A DNA stretch of 9,854 bases, from the IMG/VR virus record IMGVR_UViG_2877973648_000003, one strand, 5' to 3'. The notes below the pieces were generated by a model. That model saw nothing but the letters and a program-made list of their open reading frames with translations, was not told the DNA's origin and searched no databases. Below, in pieces: positions 6,055-9,854 of the stretch (positions are counted from its first letter, which is position 1; the number at the start of each line of letters is the position of its first letter). The translations under genes were made by a program, and so were the position numbers. This DNA is from a virus (lineage: Duplodnaviria > Heunggongvirae > Uroviricota > Caudoviricetes).

Positions 6055-6191
6055 AATCTTAACTACAATATGATTCATTTTGATGATTGTTTCATAAGGA
6101 ACAGTGAAGTAAGATCTAAGAGGAGTTAAATTTTATACAGTATAATCATAATATTGCAGCAAGGTGGTTATAATTGAAAGAATATTTAGAT

Positions 6192-7649
6192 ATGAATACA
6201 TCTCATGTAAGAGTTGTTACTCATATGTGTGGGTTCCTGGTTTGGCTCTATAGTCTTTCAATGTTGCCACCAATGGTTGTAGCATTGTTTTATAAAGAAA
6301 AAAGCCTGTTCGTTTTCTTTATAACTTTCGTTATATTTTTTTGCATTGGTGGCGGAGCGTGGTATACAACTAAGAAATCTGGCATTCAATTACGTACCCG
6401 TGATGGGTTTATTATAATTGTAATGTTTTGGATTTTGTTTTCTGTTATTAGTGCATTCCCTTTATGGATTGACTCAGAACTTAATTTAACGTTCATTGAT
6501 GCTCTGTTTGAAGGGGTTTCTGGAATAACAACAACAGGAGCAACTGTAATTGATGATGTTAGTTCATTACCTCGGGCATATTTGTACTATCGGTCACAGT
6601 TAAATTTTATAGGTGGTTTAGGAGTTATTGTTCTGGCGGTTGCTGTATTGCCATTATTGGGTATTGGTGGTACAAAGCTTTATCAGTCAGAAATGCCGGG
6701 GCCATTTAAGGATGACAAACTCACTCCCCGCCTGGCCGATACGTCACGGACACTGTGGATAACTTATTCTTTATTAGGTATTGCTTGTATTGTCTGTTAT
6801 AGACTTGCAGGAATGCCTTTGTTTGATGCTATTTGTCACGGGATTTCCACAGTTTCGCTTGGTGGTTTCTCAACTCATAGCGAGAGTATCGGATATTTTA
6901 ATAACTATTTGGTTGAGCTGGTGGCTGGTTCTTTTTCCCTGCTATCGGCTTTCAACTTCACTCTTTGGTATATTGTTATTAGCAGGAAAACGATAAAACC
7001 TTTAATCAGAGATATTGAACTTCGTTTCTTTCTGTTAATAGCCTTAGGGGTGATCATTGTTACCTCTTTCCAGGTCTGGCATATAGGTATGTATGACTTG
7101 CATGGAAGTTTTATTCATTCGTTTTTTCTTGCCAGCTCCATGCTCACTGATAATGGTTTAGCTACGCAGGATTATGCAAACTGGCCCACGCACACGATAG
7201 TGTTTTTGCTGTCGTCAAGTTTCTTTGGGGGATGTATAGGTTCAACTTGTGGTGGAATTAAGTCACTTCGATTTCTTATACTTTTCAAACAAAGCAAACA
7301 CGAGATAAATCAGCTTTCTCATCCCAGAGCGTTGTTGAGTGTAAATGTAGGAGGGAAGATAGTTACAGATCGTGTAATGAGGTCTGTATGGAGTTTCTTT
7401 TTTCTTTATACTCTCTTCACGGTGTTTTTTATACTGGTGTTAAATGGTATGGGATATGATTTTCTTACATCATTTGCAACAGTGGCTGCATGTATTAATA
7501 ATATGGGATTAGGTTTTGGGGCTACTGCATCGTCATTCGGAGTGCTTAATGACATTGCAAAATATTTAATGTGCATAGCTATGATTCTTGGTCGCCTTGA
7601 AATTTATCCTGTTATTATATTGTTTTCAGGTTTTTTTTGGCGCTCCTAA
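6192..7649 (+). CDS. trkG: TrkH/TrkG-family potassium uptake protein (485 aa from the ATG at 6192; the ORF track extends to a TTG at 6174)
   Basis: Polytopic membrane protein with the repeated GxGG-type selectivity-filter segments (FEGVSGITTTGATV, STVSLGGFSTHSES, GSTCGGIKSLR, ACINNMGLGFGATASS). It is near-identical to E. coli TrkG as I recall it. The gene is AT-rich and lies immediately downstream of Rz/Rz1, the same arrangement as in the Rac prophage. Confidence 0.9.
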   Translation: MNTSHVRVVTHMCGFLVWLYSLSMLPPMVVALFYKEKSLFVFFITFVIFFCIGGGAWYTTKKSGIQLRTRDGFIIIVMFWILFSVISAFPLWIDSELNLTFIDALFEGVSGITTTGATVIDDVSSLPRAYLYYRSQLNFIGGLGVIVLAVAVLPLLGIGGTKLYQSEMPGPFKDDKLTPRLADTSRTLWITYSLLGIACIVCYRLAGMPLFDAICHGISTVSLGGFSTHSESIGYFNNYLVELVAGSFSLLSAFNFTLWYIVISRKTIKPLIRDIELRFFLLIALGVIIVTSFQVWHIGMYDLHGSFIHSFFLASSMLTDNGLATQDYANWPTHTIVFLLSSSFFGGCIGSTCGGIKSLRFLILFKQSKHEINQLSHPRALLSVNVGGKIVTDRVMRSVWSFFFLYTLFTVFFILVLNGMGYDFLTSFATVAACINNMGLGFGATASSFGVLNDIAKYLMCIAMILGRLEIYPVIILFSGFFWRS

Positions 7650-7734
7650 TATATGGCTGATTTATAATTGTGAGTTTAATATTATATTGACTCACTCATT
7701 GATCCAATACCTAACTTTACCAGCAACACCTCCG

Positions 7735-7770
7735 CCCCCAGTAGCACTGGCTGCTGGGGTGCGTTTTATT
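7735..7770 (+). terminator. Putative intrinsic terminator downstream of trkG
   Basis: CCCCAG...CTGGGG stem (7736-7741 pairing with 7754-7759) followed by TGCGTTTTATT. The loop is long at 12 nt, so confidence is modest. Confidence 0.35.
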
Positions 7771-7786
7771 CATAAAGCAAGGCTGT

Positions 7787-8218
7787 ATGAGCGAGAAATT
7801 AAAGATAGTCTATCGCCCATTACAAGAATTGTCACCGTATGCGCACAACGCCAGGACGCACAGTACTGAGCAGGTGGCACAACTGGTAGAAAGTATTAAG
7901 CAATTCGGCTGGACTAATCCGGTGCTGATTGACGAAAAGGGCGAAATTATTGCGGGTCACGGTCGTGTTATGGCGGCTGAAATGCTCAAAATGGATTCTG
8001 TTCCGGTCATTGTTCTGTCTGGCCTGACGGATGAGCAGAAAAAGGCGTACCGCCTGGCAGATAATCGCCTACCGATGAATGCTGGCTGGGATGAAGATCT
8101 GTTGCGGATGGAGCTGTCGGACCTAATCAATGCTGATTTTGATGTCTCCCTGACAGGCTTCGGCCCGACAGAAATTGATGAACTGTTGACGGATGTTTTG
8201 CCCGGTATCGGGCCTTAA
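7787..8218 (+). CDS. ParB-like nuclease-domain protein (143 aa), probably a C-terminally truncated fragment
   Basis: N-terminal ParB/Srx-type domain (YRPLQELSPYAHNARTHS...IIAGHGRVMAA...YRLADN). Its TAA stop lies 3 bp from the convergent tfa stop with no terminator between them. Prophage ParB-like proteins are usually larger. Confidence 0.65.
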   Translation: MSEKLKIVYRPLQELSPYAHNARTHSTEQVAQLVESIKQFGWTNPVLIDEKGEIIAGHGRVMAAEMLKMDSVPVIVLSGLTDEQKKAYRLADNRLPMNAGWDEDLLRMELSDLINADFDVSLTGFGPTEIDELLTDVLPGIGP

Positions 8219-8221
8219 TTT

Positions 8222-8749
8222 TTACTCTGGTTTTTGTGGCCATTCAGGATTTGCCGTATCCACACGGCTGACCAGAACACTGTAGCGTTCCCATGCTTCC
8301 AGTCGTGTGCGTTCCTCGTCTGTTGCCATATTCAGCCTGACAGCGCGTTCCAGCGGTTGGATGACTGATTCAGCTTCGGAAAGCAATGCGGCCTTTTGTG
8401 ATTCGGCCTGTTGTTGTTGCTCGTCTGCCGTATAAATCCGTTTAACCACAGCTCCGTCCCTAAACATCCACTTACTGGAATCATCAGCGCAGCGGTTGGC
8501 TGTAATATCTGGAACCTCAACGACGCTATAACCTTCAGGGTTAAGCGTGGAGGCATCTTTGGTGATGGCGACAATAATATTATTTGCATCGTAAACAATC
8601 TTTATTGTGTCTGGCTGAAAGTTTTTCACTTCCTCATACCAGTTTTTTCCGTCTTCGGACCATAACCAGATAACATCAAAATTCTTTGTTAGCTGATATT
8701 GTTCTTTTGTTTTTGGATTTCCAGACTTAATATTTTTTAAATGCTGCAT
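8222..8749 (-). CDS. tfa: Tail fibre assembly protein Tfa (175 aa)
   Basis: Tfa-family translation. It lies directly downstream of the tail-fibre cassette with a 3-nt gap, the typical stf-tfa arrangement. Confidence 0.85.
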   Translation of the reverse strand: MQHLKNIKSGNPKTKEQYQLTKNFDVIWLWSEDGKNWYEEVKNFQPDTIKIVYDANNIIVAITKDASTLNPEGYSVVEVPDITANRCADDSSKWMFRDGAVVKRIYTADEQQQQAESQKAALLSEAESVIQPLERAVRLNMATDEERTRLEAWERYSVLVSRVDTANPEWPQKPE

Positions 8750-8752
8750 AAA

Positions 8753-9715
8753 TTACACCTGTACGACGTTATACCATGTGCCATTGATGTATTTTTGTAT
8801 TGGTCTGAATACTGCCGGATCATCGCCATCAACTGCACCGATAATGCCAAGCCCCGTAATTGCATGACCTGATTTCTCATACATCACGCCTTTTTGCATA
8901 GTCTGAACAACACGTGTACCAAGTCGGACATCTCTCACATAACGTGAGTCAAAATTACCATAATTGCCGGGAATAACTTGCGCACCGCAAAGCCAGTTGC
9001 CATTGTTGTCCATGTACGCCTGACCATCGGTGCCATTGGCTGTCCTTGAGTTATTAATCATGTAGATGCCAAATTGCTTATTCCCCAGTCCACCAATCAT
9101 AAATTTGCGATCAGCGTGGTCCTGACGAAGTAATGCCTGCGCACCATCGGTGGATACCGCATTGCGTCCCAAAATAACATTCTGGTCACGCATATGAATC
9201 CACATGCCGGTACTACTGTTAATTGCAAAACGGTTTGCAAATATATCCCCTGTAACATCAAGACCATGCCCCATGCTTATCCGACCAGTTCTGAGATTAA
9301 GCGTAAAGGGGCGTAGTGGCCCTATATCACCATTTTCTCCCTCATTCTCTCGTGTAGGGATGATATGCAGGCATTCTTCAGAACGACGAAAAATAGCACC
9401 AAAAGATGAATTAAATATCCTCAGTGCATTGACTGTCGATATTTTTACTTCACTGCTGAAAAGGGCTTTAACAAGGACAGACAAAGCATCCCATTTAAGA
9501 GTCATCAGGTCTTTTGTTGTGGTGCTCTGGCGGCTTCTCCATTTGAAATATTCATTGCCGTTGTCGCCTGTTTCAAACCACATGTATGAATCAGTGTCGC
9601 TGTCGGCATTATTTTTAAAACCAATCTTTGCCCAGTCAGTATTTCTAATCCAGGCAAGGATTGAGTCGTTTTCAAAAGTAAGCCCACCGGACAAGGTATC
9701 GCCATTCTTTTGCAC
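8753..9715 (-). CDS. stf: Side tail fibre C-terminal variable cassette (320 codons), without its own N-terminal constant region
   Basis: Tail-fibre-like C-terminal sequence (NGDTLSGGLTFENDS..., Gly/Asn/Thr-rich). The open frame begins at a GTG (9713-9715) only 10 codons after an in-frame TAA that lies inside the crossover site. It is immediately adjacent to the pix-like site and tfa follows. This is the Sv'-U' arrangement of Gin/Pin/Cin invertible segments. Confidence 0.8.
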   Translation of the reverse strand: MQKNGDTLSGGLTFENDSILAWIRNTDWAKIGFKNNADSDTDSYMWFETGDNGNEYFKWRSRQSTTTKDLMTLKWDALSVLVKALFSSEVKISTVNALRIFNSSFGAIFRRSEECLHIIPTRENEGENGDIGPLRPFTLNLRTGRISMGHGLDVTGDIFANRFAINSSTGMWIHMRDQNVILGRNAVSTDGAQALLRQDHADRKFMIGGLGNKQFGIYMINNSRTANGTDGQAYMDNNGNWLCGAQVIPGNYGNFDSRYVRDVRLGTRVVQTMQKGVMYEKSGHAITGLGIIGAVDGDDPAVFRPIQKYINGTWYNVVQV

Positions 9716-9739
9716 GGCGTTCCTGGCCCTGTTTACCGT

Positions 9740-9765
9740 TTCCTGTAAACCGAGGTTTTAGATAA
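9740..9765. other. Gin/Pin/Cin/Hin-family DNA invertase crossover site (gix/pix-like)
   Basis: TTCCTGTAAACCGAGGTTTTAGATAA is a near-exact match to the recalled gix site TTCCTGTAAACCGAGGTTTTGGATAA. It consists of imperfect inverted 12-bp half-sites around a central dinucleotide and lies between the fibre cassette and the invertase start. Confidence 0.75.
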
Positions 9766-9819
9766 TGGCGGTTTCTGGCCTGCATGGCATGATTTGTGCT
9801 TTTGGACGGGAGATTCAGC

Positions 9820-9854
9820 GTGCTGATTGGCTATGTAAGGGTATCAACAAATGA
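9820..9854 (+). CDS. pin: Serine DNA invertase (Pin/Gin family), first 11 codons only; continues beyond the window
   Basis: GTG-CTG-ATT-GGC-TAT-GTA-AGG-GTA-TCA-ACA-AAT translates to (M)LIGYVRVSTN, the conserved N-terminus of Pin/Gin/Hin invertases including the catalytic Ser region. SD GGGAG lies 7 nt upstream. The TGA formed by the last three bases of the window is out of frame. The call rests on very little sequence. Confidence 0.6.
   Translation, partial: MLIGYVRVSTN

Larger units (their letters stand above)
552..9854. mobile_element. Defective mosaic lambdoid prophage remnant (lambda-like int side, Rac/P21-like lysis remnant, Pin-type tail-fibre switch remnant); right end not in window
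   Basis: attL plus int/xis at the left; lysis, tail-fibre and invertase genes to the right. No repressor, replication, antiterminator, head or tail genes lie between them. Confidence 0.85.

Noticed and set aside
6174-6191. TTG start extending the TrkG-like ORF by 6 codons (491 aa)
   Set aside because: The ATG at 6192 gives the canonical MNTSHV N-terminus and the 485-aa length of TrkG; the TTG extension is probably not used.
6781-6996. Plus-strand 71-aa ORF in another frame inside trkG
   Set aside because: It is embedded in an alternate frame of a confidently assigned transporter gene and, unlike Rz1, has no lipobox or other support.
7588-7869. Plus-strand 93-aa ORF bridging the trkG 3' end and the ParB-like start
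   Set aside because: It overlaps two better-supported genes in other frames and crosses the putative terminator.
8332-8665. ORFs of 88 aa (minus) and 84 aa (plus) inside tfa
   Set aside because: Alternate-frame and antisense ORFs inside a recognisable Tfa gene.
9204-9761. Plus-strand 185-aa ORF and minus-strand 66-aa ORF inside the tail-fibre cassette
   Set aside because: Antisense or alternate-frame to the tail-fibre coding sequence; the plus-strand frame would also run through the crossover site.
9765-9854. 29-codon plus-strand ORF (MAVSGLHGMICAFGREIQRADWLCKGINK) ending at the terminal TGA of the window
   Set aside because: A different frame gives the conserved invertase N-terminus (M)LIGYVRVSTN starting at 9820 with a good SD. 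The 29-codon frame is a by-product and its TGA is out of frame with the invertase.
1-9854. CRISPR arrays, tRNA or rRNA genes, IS elements with terminal inverted repeats
   Set aside because: I saw no regularly spaced direct repeats, no tRNA-like cloverleaf-sized conserved segments at the att site, and no transposase-like ORFs. Integration is lambda-type (into an intergenic core), not tRNA-targeted.

Overview
This window reads as a decayed, mosaic lambdoid prophage remnant inserted about 75 bp upstream of a host Dps-family gene. Identifications rest on my reading of the translated ORFs against protein families recalled from memory; no database search was run. Left to right: (1) a Dps-like ferritin gene (1-477, minus); (2) a lambda-type attL (core about 552-566, then the P' arm with Int arm-type sites); (3) a lambda-like early-left segment on the minus strand: int, xis, a 55-codon ORF, three accessory genes (an AT-rich 142-aa unknown, a Cys-rich 112-aa protein, an AT-rich 204-aa secreted Cys-rich protein), an ea22-like gene split by an in-frame TGA, a TraR/DksA-family zinc-finger protein and two small ORFs; (4) an abrupt junction near 5250-5370 to a plus-strand lysis-module remnant: a frameshifted endolysin 3' fragment with intact Rz/Rz1 spanins; (5) an AT-rich TrkG/TrkH-family K+ transporter gene; (6) a truncated ParB-like nuclease-domain ORF converging 3 bp from (7) tfa and a start-less tail-fibre variable cassette on the minus strand, followed by a Gin/Pin-type crossover site and the first 11 codons of a DNA invertase gene at the window edge. 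No CRISPR array, tRNA or rRNA was seen. The candidates for undescribed biology are the AT-rich accessory genes (142-aa cytoplasmic and 204-aa secreted proteins) embedded in the lambda-like backbone; their functions cannot be determined from sequence alone.
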